Origin: Candidatus Bathyarchaeia archaeon
Lineage (GTDB): Archaea > Thermoproteota > Bathyarchaeia > Bathyarchaeales > Bathycorpusculaceae
Assembly: GCA_038883655.1 (NCBI GenBank)
Contig: JAVZLQ010000001.1
Location: forward strand, 224,001 to 288,000
Reading direction: 5' to 3'
DNA length: 64,000 bases
Both the position numbers and the translations under genes were made by a program. Positions 47,651 through 57,638 of this stretch are shown here, in pieces (position 1 is the stretch's first letter; each line of letters opens with the position of its first letter). The notes beneath the pieces are model-generated. The model had not been told where the DNA came from, made no database searches, and was given only the letters and a program-made list of their open reading frames with translations.

Positions 47651-49411
47651 TTGGCAAACGAGAAGTCACGAGACAAATTCACTTTGATCAGCGAACTAGC
47701 ACGTAGAAGAGGCTTCTTCTGGCAGTCATACGAGATATACGGTGGAGTTGGAGGCTTTGCAACGTATGGTCCACTTGGGGCAAAACTTAAACAGAACATT
47801 GAGAAGAAACTTCGGGAACTGTTTGTGAATAAACTTGGAATTTTGGAAATCGAGTCTCCAATAATCGCTCCAAGCAAGGTTTTCGAGGCTTCTGGGCATG
47901 TCGAGCACTTTAAAGAGCCTATGGTTGAATGTTTGAAATGCAAGAAAAGGTTTCGCGCCGACCATCTGCTCCAAGAGTTCACTGGAATGGGAGAAACCGA
48001 AACGGAGAAAATGAGTTTAAAGGAGATACAAGCGGCTATTGAAAAGAATGATGTTCGATGTCCAGAATGTGACGGCAAACTAGGCGAACCAAAGCATTTT
48101 CTAACAATGTTCCAAACCACCATTGGCCCATACTCTGAAGCTGTCGGTTATGGCAGGCCAGAAGCAGCGCAAGGGATATTTGTGGAGTTTAAACGCCTTT
48201 ACGAAATGGCTAGGGAGAAAATTCCCTTCGGCGTTTTGCAGATCGGTCATGCTTTGCGGAACGAGATATCGCCTAGACAGAGCCTAATAAGGCTAAGAGA
48301 GTTCACAATAGCCGATTTAGAGTTCTTTTTCGACCCAGAAGAGCCAAACTGCCACTTGCTGAAGGACGTGGAAAACGAAAAAATAAGACTTGTCTTAGCT
48401 GAACATAAACTGAAGGGTTCAGAGAAAATAACAGAGCTAACCGTAAAGGAGGCGTTAGCTAAAGGCTACATTAAGGCGGAGTGGCAAGCAGTCTTCATGG
48501 CTTACGCAAAAAAGCTTCTATGCGATTTAGGTGTCCCAGAAGAAAAGCAACGTTTCATAGAAAAGCTTCCATGGGAAAGAGCCCACTACTCGATTCAAAG
48601 CTTCGACCAGCAAGTTTACGTTGAACGTTGGGGCTGGGTTGAAGTTTCTGGGCACGCCTACCGAACTGACTACGATTTGAGGAGACATATGGAATTTAGT
48701 GGCGAGGATATGCGCATATACAAGGAATATGAGAAACCATTCGAGAAAGAGCAACTCGCAATAAAGCCATTAGTGGCGAAGCTTGGACCAATCTATAAGG
48801 ACGAAACAGCGAAGATTTTGGAAGCGCTCTCAAAAGCCGACCCGAAAGAAGTTGAAGCAGCATTCAATAAAAACGGCTATTACGCCATCGGAAAATACAA
48901 GATTCTGCCAGAACACGTGGAAATAGTCCGCCAAAAAGTTGTTGAGCGGGGAAAACGCTTTATTCCACATGTTGTTGAGCCAAGTTTCGGCTCGGATAGA
49001 CTATTTTATGTGGCGCTTGAATATGCTTACCGCGTGAAGGATGACCGAACAATTCTGAGTTTTCCAAGAGACATAGCGCCAATACAGCTTGGCGTTTACC
49101 CACTAGTCAACAAGAATGGAATACCTGAAAAGGCGCTGGAATTGCACAAATCTTTGGTAGATGAAGGTTTCACGGCGGAATATGATGATGCGGGCTCTAT
49201 TGGTAGGCGATATGCCCGCGCTGACGAGGTTGGCATACCATTGGGCATAACTGTTGACTATGAAACGTTAAAAGACGACACGGTTACAGTGCGCGACAGA
49301 GACACTTGGAAACAGGTCAGAACTGCAATCAAGGATTTGCCCAGGCTTTTGCATGAATATTTTAAGTGGAAGATAAATTTTGAGGATTTAGGCAAGCCTA
49401 TAGAATCGTAA
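47651..49411 (+). CDS. glyS: Glycine--tRNA ligase (eukaryote/archaea type)
   Basis: RPEAAQG, RNEISPR, RLREF, EPSFG, GSIGRRYAR.DE. Confidence 0.95.
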   Translation: MANEKSRDKFTLISELARRRGFFWQSYEIYGGVGGFATYGPLGAKLKQNIEKKLRELFVNKLGILEIESPIIAPSKVFEASGHVEHFKEPMVECLKCKKRFRADHLLQEFTGMGETETEKMSLKEIQAAIEKNDVRCPECDGKLGEPKHFLTMFQTTIGPYSEAVGYGRPEAAQGIFVEFKRLYEMAREKIPFGVLQIGHALRNEISPRQSLIRLREFTIADLEFFFDPEEPNCHLLKDVENEKIRLVLAEHKLKGSEKITELTVKEALAKGYIKAEWQAVFMAYAKKLLCDLGVPEEKQRFIEKLPWERAHYSIQSFDQQVYVERWGWVEVSGHAYRTDYDLRRHMEFSGEDMRIYKEYEKPFEKEQLAIKPLVAKLGPIYKDETAKILEALSKADPKEVEAAFNKNGYYAIGKYKILPEHVEIVRQKVVERGKRFIPHVVEPSFGSDRLFYVALEYAYRVKDDRTILSFPRDIAPIQLGVYPLVNKNGIPEKALELHKSLVDEGFTAEYDDAGSIGRRYARADEVGIPLGITVDYETLKDDTVTVRDRDTWKQVRTAIKDLPRLLHEYFKWKINFEDLGKPIES

Positions 49412-49486
49412 GTCGACGCTAGCTTTTTTAACACTTAAACACATCATATGGTGAGGAAAACCCTGTAAATTGTTGGGCGGGAAAGC

Positions 49487-50146
49487 GTGATGCTGCCAGC
49501 GGAAACCGAAGAGCGTGTAAAACGAAGGGCTTTAAGCGTTTGCCAAGAACACCTCAGAAAGGTTTTAGACGTCGCCAGAAAAGTTCCACAAATGATGGAC
49601 TGCTTCATAAAAAACGACAAGGAAAAGGCAAAGCAACTCTTTATAGAAATCAGAAAGAATGAGGATGAAGTTGATAATGCGAGACGCCTTGTCTCGCAAG
49701 AACTCGCCGAAATAGGAGCAATTCTCATCAGCCGAGAAGACTTTTTAAGGTTTACAAACCTGACAAGCGAAATTGCCGATTTCTCCGAGGGAATAGCCTT
49801 TCGCCTTGTCGAAATAATGGAGCATGGATGGAACGTTCCGTCAGAAATCAAGAAAGACTTGTTAAAGCTTTCGGAAGCTGTTTTGGACGCTGTGATTAAG
49901 CTTAGGGAAACAGCGATGGTTCTGACATACGGGTCTTCTAAGGCTATGGAAAAAGCTAAGGATGTTGAGGTTGCAGAGCGAGCCGTTGACGAGCTTTATC
50001 GGGAGCTTGAAATTAAACTATTAAACAGTAAACTCGAGTTTCCAGCATTGATATTGCTTAGGGACATTCTGCAACTTTTGGAGGATTCAGCTGACAAGGC
50101 TGAAGATGCCGCTGATGCAGCGCGAATCCTGTCCTTTATTATGTGA
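49487..50146 (+). CDS. DUF47/PhoU-like protein
   Basis: Two helical repeats with E.EVD...R and D.AED motifs. Confidence 0.8.
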   Translation: MMLPAETEERVKRRALSVCQEHLRKVLDVARKVPQMMDCFIKNDKEKAKQLFIEIRKNEDEVDNARRLVSQELAEIGAILISREDFLRFTNLTSEIADFSEGIAFRLVEIMEHGWNVPSEIKKDLLKLSEAVLDAVIKLRETAMVLTYGSSKAMEKAKDVEVAERAVDELYRELEIKLLNSKLEFPALILLRDILQLLEDSADKAEDAADAARILSFIM

Positions 50147-50165
50147 GAAAAGGCGAAAAGCCGAA

Positions 50166-50723
50166 ATGCCAAAAAAGATAGAAGTAGAGTTCATCGAAAA
50201 TTTCCTTGTAGTGTGGAACCCCACAGATGGGTCTGAACTCTACAAAATGGGGTTTTACGGTAAACCAGTTGGCATACCAAAACCAAAAGTTCCGGAGTTT
50301 AAGGTACCGCTAATCCTAGATTTGATGGAAGGGCTGTACTTAGCTGAAAAGAAAATTATAACAATTTACGAGGGCGAAGAAAAGCGAAAAGTTAGCCTTA
50401 AAACTTTGAGGCAGAGAGCCCGACGACTATACGAGGAGTTTGATGAGAAATACACGGTTTACCGCGACCTACGCGACAAGGGGCTTGTCGTTACTCCTGG
50501 AATAAAGTTTGGATGCGACTTCGCAGTTTACAAGCATGGACCAGGAATTGAACACGCGCCCTACATGGTTTCTGTTAAAAGCGCCAAATCCGAAATAACA
50601 GCCACAGAAATAGTTAAGGCCGGAAGACTCGCAACAACAGTCCGCAAAAGGTTCATAATTGCTGTGCCAGACCTTGAAAAGGGAAGGGTGCGCTACCTAA
50701 TGTTCAAATGGTTTAAGGCGTAA
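50166..50723 (+). CDS. endA: tRNA-splicing endonuclease catalytic subunit
   Basis: VYRDLRDKG, GIKFGCDFAVY, H (IEHAP), RK; N-terminal YGKPVGIPKPK loop. Confidence 0.93.
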   Translation: MPKKIEVEFIENFLVVWNPTDGSELYKMGFYGKPVGIPKPKVPEFKVPLILDLMEGLYLAEKKIITIYEGEEKRKVSLKTLRQRARRLYEEFDEKYTVYRDLRDKGLVVTPGIKFGCDFAVYKHGPGIEHAPYMVSVKSAKSEITATEIVKAGRLATTVRKRFIIAVPDLEKGRVRYLMFKWFKA

Positions 50724-50725
50724 GC

Positions 50726-51199
50726 CTACCGAGTCTCGCTAAAAATCACCTTAAGCAGTTCTTCTTCCAATGTAGGCTCTTTTGGGTTTTCAATAATCCT
50801 TCCAATTTCATTGCCTTTTGTGTCGAACACGATTATTAGGGGAATTTTGTCAACGTCAAACGTTTCAACCTCTGGCGGTGAAGGCGGAACCCGCCACTTT
50901 CTAGCCTTGCTTAGTGGGTCTTTTTTCAAACCGCCAAAAACCCTAACCTCCAAGCCAGTCTCTTCTGATATAAGGGCTAACACTGGAATGTTTGCTGCAC
51001 AGTCCTTGCACCACTCCGCTGAAAATGCAACCACAAAATATTTTTTCGCAAACTGCTTAAGCCTACCCACAACTTCCTGTTTGAGCTGGTAATTTTCCTT
51101 TCTTGTTAAGAATTTCTTTCGAAAATCACCCTCAAGCCTTTCTATGTAATCGCTTACTGTAAGGGTTTTCTTTCTAATTTCCGCCAAATTCACGTTCAT
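50726..51199 (-). CDS. Thioredoxin-family protein
   Basis: WCKDC, IP, EIGRIIENP. Confidence 0.85.
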   Translation of the reverse strand: MNVNLAEIRKKTLTVSDYIERLEGDFRKKFLTRKENYQLKQEVVGRLKQFAKKYFVVAFSAEWCKDCAANIPVLALISEETGLEVRVFGGLKKDPLSKARKWRVPPSPPEVETFDVDKIPLIIVFDTKGNEIGRIIENPKEPTLEEELLKVIFSETR

Positions 51200-51201
51200 T
51201 T

Positions 51202-52512
51202 TTATCCTGGCATAAGCGTTTGGTTAAAGAACTCTCCCCTCACGTACTGATGTGGGTAAATTTTTGTTGCTGATAATATGCATCCTTCTGCTATAATAAC
51301 ATCGTCGGCAACAACCGAAACTGCGTCTATCTTTGTTTGTTTTCTTGGGTTTGAGCGCACTGTTACGTGTCTGCCGATTATGCTTTCTCTGATTTCAGCC
51401 TTTTCCTCGATTATTACTCTGTCCATTATAGCAGAATTCTCGATAACAACGTTCTTCCCAATTTTCGTGAAATTGTCAATGCACGAGTTTACTATTCTTG
51501 CGCCGTCGCTTATTTGGCAGTGTCTCCCAATTAAAACAGCGCCTTCAACCTCAATCTTCCCCTGCTTAATCTTCCTTATAATTTCCTTACGTCGCCTTTG
51601 CGACTCCACGCTTTCGCCTTGAACCCAAACCTTTGCTTCTTTGTTTATTCTTCCGCCAAAATCCCTAAGCGAGGAAAAGCGTCCATTAAGCATGTCTTGC
51701 ATGGCTTCCAAATAGCGTTTAGGCGTGCCAACATCATACCAGCACCCCTTAAGCGTATAACCGTAAACTGGTCTACCCGTCTTTATTACGTATGGAATAA
51801 AATCATAGCCGAAATCTAGGCGCTTCTTCTCCTTAATTATTTGTTTTACGCCTTTCTCCCTGAATATTTTCCTTATTTCCGGCGAAACCATATACAAGCC
51901 TGTGTTCGCCAAGTTTGAAGGAGCCTCCTTCGGCGTTGGCTTTTCCACAAAACGTGAAATGCGCATGTCCTTGTCTACGTCCGCTATTCCATAGCCCTCA
52001 ACATCTTCAACCTCCCTCAGCGCTATCGTCATTACAGCTCCCTTTTTCTGATGGAACTCCACAAGTTCTTTCAAGTTCACATCGAAAATGTTGTCGCCTT
52101 GAACCGCGAAAACCGGGTCTTTAACATTGTAGTATTCCATGTTTATTCTGGCTGAGTCTGCGCTACCATAATCCTCCACGTTTGGCTGGTATTTTATGTG
52201 GACGCGTGGCTTTATTCCGTATCTTGCGGAAAACCCATATCCAGACTCGAAATAGTCGTGCAAGTCCCTATAGTTTGTGTAGCCTTTCACTCCGAAAATG
52301 AAGTTTCTTATGCCTTGACGCGCAAGAGACAGCAAAGAGAATTCTATCAATGGCCTGTTTAGGATACGCAGGCAAGCCTTGCTTGTTTCCGCAGTTAACG
52401 GTAACAAGCGCTTCGCTTTTCCACCAACAGGAATAATTACTCTCAGTCTTTCCGAAGCGTAATTGTCATTCAAAAGTTTGCACCCTACAAACTTCATTAA
52501 TGGATAAATCAT
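51202..52512 (-). CDS. NDP-sugar pyrophosphorylase family nucleotidyltransferase with hexapeptide repeats
   Basis: PVGGKAKRLLPLT, QGDN, YG, FVEKP, WYDVGT, LbH C-terminus. Confidence 0.88.
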   Translation of the reverse strand: MIYPLMKFVGCKLLNDNYASERLRVIIPVGGKAKRLLPLTAETSKACLRILNRPLIEFSLLSLARQGIRNFIFGVKGYTNYRDLHDYFESGYGFSARYGIKPRVHIKYQPNVEDYGSADSARINMEYYNVKDPVFAVQGDNIFDVNLKELVEFHQKKGAVMTIALREVEDVEGYGIADVDKDMRISRFVEKPTPKEAPSNLANTGLYMVSPEIRKIFREKGVKQIIKEKKRLDFGYDFIPYVIKTGRPVYGYTLKGCWYDVGTPKRYLEAMQDMLNGRFSSLRDFGGRINKEAKVWVQGESVESQRRRKEIIRKIKQGKIEVEGAVLIGRHCQISDGARIVNSCIDNFTKIGKNVVIENSAIMDRVIIEEKAEIRESIIGRHVTVRSNPRKQTKIDAVSVVADDVIIAEGCILSATKIYPHQYVRGEFFNQTLMPG

Positions 52513-52568
52513 TAAACGTATTAAACTTTCTAATCAAAAAGTGAATTTTATAACTTTGAGGCTGGCTT

Positions 52569-53444
52569 ATGGTTATGCAAAGGCTTGATGCAATGAAGAA
52601 AATCAGCGGTTATTTGCGTTTGATACGTCCAGTCAACTGTTTAATGATGGGCTTCGCTGTAATTGTTGGCGCTGCTCTTGCGAACCCGCATGTTTTAGAT
52701 GGCAAGTGGCAAATGCTTGCCTGCGGCTTCGTTGCTGGTTTTATGTTGACTGCGGCTTCGATGGCCATAAACGACTATTACGATAGGGAAATCGACGCCG
52801 TAAACGAGCCTAACCGCCCAATTCCAAGTGGTACAGTAAAACCAAAAGAGGCGTTGATCTTCGCATCTGTTTTAACCATTATAGGCTTTGCGTCTGCTTA
52901 TCTGACAAATTACGCGTGCTTTTTCACAGCCTTGTTGGCGTGGATAATTTTTGTGACTTATACTACTGTTGGTAAGCGAAGCGGATTGCCGGGCAACTTT
53001 TTGGTTAGTACTTGTGTTGCGATTCCCTTCATTTATGGAAGTTTGGCAGTTACCGGAGAGGTTATGTTTAATGTTTTGGTTTTTGTTTCCATGGTTTTCT
53101 TGTCAAACACCGGCAGAGAAATAACAAAGGGAATTGTTGACGTTCAAGGAGACGAGGCTAAAGGGGTAAAAACTTTGGCTGTGCGTTATGGCGCGAGAAA
53201 GGCGGCGTGGGCAGCCTCCTTGTTCTATGTTTCTGCTGTTGCTTTAAGTCCTTTGCCTCCGCTTTTGATGTCAATATCTTTCTGGTTTATACCTCTTGTG
53301 GCGGTTACTGACTTTGGGCTTTTAGTGTCTTCAACCATGCTTCTGCGAGATTATTCTAGAGAAAACGCGAGGAAAATCAAGGACGCTGTTCTTCTATGGT
53401 TTGTTGCTGGGCTTTTGGCTTTTCTTGTCGGCGCTTTGGGGTGA
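52569..53444 (+). CDS. Digeranylgeranylglyceryl phosphate synthase (UbiA family)
   Basis: RPVN, INDYYDREIDAVNEPNRPIPSG, REITKGIVDVQGD. Confidence 0.88.
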   Translation: MVMQRLDAMKKISGYLRLIRPVNCLMMGFAVIVGAALANPHVLDGKWQMLACGFVAGFMLTAASMAINDYYDREIDAVNEPNRPIPSGTVKPKEALIFASVLTIIGFASAYLTNYACFFTALLAWIIFVTYTTVGKRSGLPGNFLVSTCVAIPFIYGSLAVTGEVMFNVLVFVSMVFLSNTGREITKGIVDVQGDEAKGVKTLAVRYGARKAAWAASLFYVSAVALSPLPPLLMSISFWFIPLVAVTDFGLLVSSTMLLRDYSRENARKIKDAVLLWFVAGLLAFLVGALG

Positions 53445-53448
53445 GTTA

Positions 53449-54156
53449 ATGTTTGATGAAGTTTTGTGGAACGTCCTTCTGATGGCTATGTGCTATGCTT
53501 ACATTGTGCTTGTAATTGTCATCTCTAGCAAACTGAATGATTTCATGCATGTATCACGTAAGGCTTCTCGCAAGTTTCTCCATGTGATGATCGGAAACTT
53601 GCCCTTCGTAATTCCACTTTTCACATCGAATATTTACCCAACACTTGTTGCGGCGCCATTCATACTTGTAACATTTTTTGCTTCGCCTTACTCTCCGCTC
53701 AAATCTGCAAGCGAGAAAATGAAAGGTCTCGTGGGCATAACCGAGGAAGGACACAGTCTAGGACTTGTTTTTTACGCGTTTTCATACACTGTTCTGGCTT
53801 TTTTCTTTGCTTCAAAGCCCTATGTTATGGCTGCTGGCATCTTGCCAATGGCTTATGGTGACGCCTTCGCCTCAATTATCGGAGAAAGGTGTGGCAAAAC
53901 AAAGTTTAGGCTTTTAGCGAACAAAAGTGTTGAAGGTTCGGTTGCAATGTTCCTTTTCAGTTTTTCCAGCTACGCTCTGAGCCTAGCCTTCTTTTCAATA
54001 CTTTATAATTTCTCCTTCTTCGACAAACTTTTCAGCGCTGTTGTTGTTGCTTTAGTTGCAACAGTTGTTGAAGGCATTTCACCACTGGGTTTTGACAACC
54101 TGACAGTTCCAACTTTCAGCGTTTTAATGCTTGTGCTCTTGGGATGGGCTGTTTAA
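53449..54156 (+). CDS. Dolichol/phytol kinase-like CTP-dependent membrane kinase
   Basis: SRKFLH, YGDAFASIIG, KSVEGS, DNLTVP. Confidence 0.85.
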   Translation: MFDEVLWNVLLMAMCYAYIVLVIVISSKLNDFMHVSRKASRKFLHVMIGNLPFVIPLFTSNIYPTLVAAPFILVTFFASPYSPLKSASEKMKGLVGITEEGHSLGLVFYAFSYTVLAFFFASKPYVMAAGILPMAYGDAFASIIGERCGKTKFRLLANKSVEGSVAMFLFSFSSYALSLAFFSILYNFSFFDKLFSAVVVALVATVVEGISPLGFDNLTVPTFSVLMLVLLGWAV

Positions 54157-54735
54157 TTGGTTTTCTTAGTTATCGACGGACTTGACGCATCTGGCAAGAG
54201 CACCCAAGCGGTTATGCTCCATAATTTTTTGAAGACATCTAAAAAGTCGGTTTTTCTCCGCGTTCATCCGTCAAGTGATAATTTTTTCGGAGTAAAGGCT
54301 AGGCAGTTCCTTTATCGGCATGGAAAGAGTGCTCACTTTGCTTCTGCAATTTTTTACATGCTCGACGTGTTGCGTTCAATAATGCTTTATTCATGGCGCA
54401 AATACGATTACGTAATCTTCGTCAGATATCTCATGGGAACGGCTTATCTGCCATCACCACTGCATAGAATTGCCTACCACTTTTTCGCCTTGTGGGTACC
54501 AACATCAAACTTTATGATCTTCTTGGACGTAAGCCCACTGGAAGCCTACAGGCGAATATTACAGTCGCGCAAGAGGCGTGAAATGTTTGAAAGTTTAGAA
54601 GAGCTTAAAAAGATTAGGCTTAAGGCGCTCACACTAGCCTTTGTAGACAATTGGAAAATACTAGATGCGGATAAACCAGTTGAGCATGTGCATAGAGAAA
54701 TTTTGAAAATAATTAAGGAGCAAAAGTGCGTTTAA
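54157..54735 (+). CDS. Thymidylate kinase-like P-loop kinase (divergent)
   Basis: IDGLDASGKSTQA, FLDV.P; FVRY in place of the canonical DR(Y/F). Confidence 0.75.
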   Translation: MVFLVIDGLDASGKSTQAVMLHNFLKTSKKSVFLRVHPSSDNFFGVKARQFLYRHGKSAHFASAIFYMLDVLRSIMLYSWRKYDYVIFVRYLMGTAYLPSPLHRIAYHFFALWVPTSNFMIFLDVSPLEAYRRILQSRKRREMFESLEELKKIRLKALTLAFVDNWKILDADKPVEHVHREILKIIKEQKCV

Positions 54736-54740
54736 AGCTA

Positions 54741-56114
54741 TTAATCTGGTTCTGTGTGAACAGTTACTGTTGCTTCTCTAAAGTGTTTTTTCACGTTCCT
54801 TTCTATTTTTGAAGCAATTTTATGCGCCTCTTCTATTGAGATTTGCTTTGAGAAACTACAGTCTATGCTTATGTAACGTCTATTGTCAGCAACATACGTC
54901 ACTATTCTCTTGCATCGCAAAGCTTGTGGAAACTCCTTCATTGCTTCATCGATTATTTTTCTAATTTCCTTCTCACTGACTTCTAGTGTCTTGCCCTTTT
55001 TTGTGCTGTAGGGTTCTATGTGGACTGTTACGTTTTCAACCTCGCTTATTTCACCATCTATTTTGTCCTCAATTTTTTCAGCTATCTCATGAGCTTCTTT
55101 CACTGAAAGTTTCGAGTTAACTCTTGCATGTAGAGTTATGTAAAGTCTCCCATCCATTCGCACCGCACTTATTTTATGCGTTTCCTTGACGCCTTCCACT
55201 TCTGACGCCAACTTTTCCACAAGGCTTTCGGTTTTGATTTTCTCCCTTAAAGGTTCAACGTGAATTGTCATTTCAGCTTCGCCGATGGAGCCCTTAATGT
55301 TTTCTTCAATTTTTGATGCCAACGTATGTGCCTCTTCGAGACTCATGCCCTCTGGAACCTTCACCGTGGCTTCGATGAAAGTTTTTGCGCCAACTCTTCT
55401 AACCCTTAGTCCTTCACATTCGCAAACACCGCTTGTCCCCAAAACTTCTTTGCGTACCTTCTCAACAATGTCTTTTGAGACGGCGTCGCTCAGCTCCATT
55501 CCGCTGCTCCAAATAGTCTTCACGCTTAGATAGACCAGTAGTGCGCTTAGGAACATCGAGGCTAAGGCGTCTCCATTGTAAATTCCTTGTGTTGCAAGTC
55601 CAAATCCAATCAGTGCGATTATGGTTGAGGCTAAATCTGCGATGGCGTGGTAGAATCCAACTTTTACCGTGGAGCTTTCTGCGTGAATGGCCTTTGAGAA
55701 TAGTCTAACTCTGACGAGGTCTATGCAGAAGGTGTATCCTATCGCAAAGAAGCCTGCAAGCTCGAATTCCAAATTTAGGTATGGCTGATTTCCAATTATT
55801 CGCTCTACAGCCTCGTACATTATCCATAACGCCGTTCCAATAAGAACCATGCCGCCGGCAAGTCCGCCTAGAGATTCAAATTTTTCATGCCCGTAGGTGT
55901 GTTCAGCGTCTGGTGGCTTTGAGGCTTCACGTGTTGCAAAGAAAAGCCCGAAAGTGGCTAACGCGTCAAGTAGCGCATGGAGCCCATCGCTTAGGATGGC
56001 TAAGCTAGAAACTGTTAAGCCTAAAACAATTTCAACAATAACAACGCTTGATATGGCGATTGTTGAAAGTTTAAGAACCCTCAATTTATGGCTTTTTTCT
56101 AAGGGGTTTTGCAT
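54741..56114 (-). CDS. Cation diffusion facilitator with three tandem C-terminal dimerisation domains
   Basis: SDGLHALLD, PPDAEHTYGHEKFE, HAIAD; three repeats of EAH.IA.KIE...V/IH.EP. Confidence 0.9.
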   Translation of the reverse strand: MQNPLEKSHKLRVLKLSTIAISSVVIVEIVLGLTVSSLAILSDGLHALLDALATFGLFFATREASKPPDAEHTYGHEKFESLGGLAGGMVLIGTALWIMYEAVERIIGNQPYLNLEFELAGFFAIGYTFCIDLVRVRLFSKAIHAESSTVKVGFYHAIADLASTIIALIGFGLATQGIYNGDALASMFLSALLVYLSVKTIWSSGMELSDAVSKDIVEKVRKEVLGTSGVCECEGLRVRRVGAKTFIEATVKVPEGMSLEEAHTLASKIEENIKGSIGEAEMTIHVEPLREKIKTESLVEKLASEVEGVKETHKISAVRMDGRLYITLHARVNSKLSVKEAHEIAEKIEDKIDGEISEVENVTVHIEPYSTKKGKTLEVSEKEIRKIIDEAMKEFPQALRCKRIVTYVADNRRYISIDCSFSKQISIEEAHKIASKIERNVKKHFREATVTVHTEPD

Positions 56115-56241
56115 TATTCTTCGTTTATATCGCATAAATCCCAGAGATTTAAGAGTTGTGCGTTGGCGCTACACATTTATTTATGCTTAAATCTTTAACC
56201 TACAAATAGGCTCTAGGCTGTCTAAAACAGAAAAGAGACCG

Positions 56242-57531
56242 ATGCGCATGGAGCTTGTTTCGATACAGAAAATCTTAGAAGGAAAATATGTAGGTAAGAA
56301 AGTGGCAATAAGAGGATGGGTTTACCGCAAACGCGAAGAAAAACAAACAATTTTCCTTGTTGTACGCGACGCAACTGACATAATCCAATGCACAATTAAA
56401 AAAGAAACTTCTGCATGGGAGAACGCCAAAAAAATAACAATAGAATCTTCACTGACATTAGAGGGCACGGTTAAACAGGACAAACGCGCCCCTGGAGGTT
56501 ATGAGATTTCTGTTGAAAAACTTTCGATAGTTGGGTTGGCTGAAATTTTCCCAATAACGAAAGATAAGAGCGAGGAATTTCTGCGTGATGTCCGCCATCT
56601 TTGGCTTCGCAGCCGACGCATGAACTTAATAATGAAGGTGCGAAGCGAAGTTTTGAGGCTTACACACGATTTCTTCAGACAGTCCGATTTCATTGAAGTT
56701 TCACCGCCAATGTTTATAACAAGCGCATGCGAGGGCGGCTCAACGCTTTTCGGCTTAAAATATTTTGACAGAAACTTGTATTTGACGCAAAGCGCCCAGC
56801 TTTACCTTGAAGTTTTGATTTACTCCCTTGAAAAAGTGTATTGCGTTGCACCATCCTTTAGGGCTGAAAAAAGTAGAACCATAAGACATCTGACAGAATA
56901 CTGGCACATAGAGGCTGAACAAGCATTCGCGGACATGGACGACCTTATGCGTTTGGAAGAAGAGCTCCTAGCCTACATTTGCCACGGCGCAGCCGAAAGA
57001 TGCAAAAAGGAAATTGAAGAGTTAGGCGCAGACGTTTCAAAGCTTATCTCCATAAAAACGCCGCTCCCGAGAATAACGTACACGGAGGCTATTAAAAGGT
57101 TGAACGCGAAGGGCTTCCCAATAAAGTGGGGCGAAGACATGGGTTACGATGAAGAAAAGGCTATAGCTGAAGAGTTTGGACAACCCTTCTTCATATACGA
57201 TTATCCAAAACAAATAAAGGCTTTCTACTGCAAAACACGTAGGGACAAGCCAGAAATAGCATTATCCACAGACATACTTGTCCCACGCATAGGAGAAATC
57301 TCAACGGGCGGCGCAAGAGAAGATGACAAGGACATTTTAATTGCGAGAATAAGGGAAATGGGATTAAGAGAAGAGGATTATGATTGGTACATTGACCTGC
57401 GGCGTTATGGCACTGTTCCGCACGTTGGCTTCGGAATGGGTTTGGAGAGACTCTTAACATGGATGCTTGACCTCGAAAACATAATAGACGCCATACCATT
57501 CCCGAGAACAATAAGAAGATTTTACCCGTGA
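56242..57531 (+). CDS. asnS: Asparagine--tRNA ligase
   Basis: IRGWV, RHLWLR, CEGGSTLF, LTQSAQLYLE, FRAEKSRT.RHLTE, WYIDLRRYG, GFGMGLER. Confidence 0.92.
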   Translation: MRMELVSIQKILEGKYVGKKVAIRGWVYRKREEKQTIFLVVRDATDIIQCTIKKETSAWENAKKITIESSLTLEGTVKQDKRAPGGYEISVEKLSIVGLAEIFPITKDKSEEFLRDVRHLWLRSRRMNLIMKVRSEVLRLTHDFFRQSDFIEVSPPMFITSACEGGSTLFGLKYFDRNLYLTQSAQLYLEVLIYSLEKVYCVAPSFRAEKSRTIRHLTEYWHIEAEQAFADMDDLMRLEEELLAYICHGAAERCKKEIEELGADVSKLISIKTPLPRITYTEAIKRLNAKGFPIKWGEDMGYDEEKAIAEEFGQPFFIYDYPKQIKAFYCKTRRDKPEIALSTDILVPRIGEISTGGAREDDKDILIARIREMGLREEDYDWYIDLRRYGTVPHVGFGMGLERLLTWMLDLENIIDAIPFPRTIRRFYP

Positions 57532-57638
57532 AGTTCACGCTGAATAGGCGAGGCGCAACATTTTTCAGAATATTAAAAAATATGTGTGTATATACTACAT
57601 TGTGAAAGTGTTTTCTTTGGAGGGAGGAACTGTTAAGG

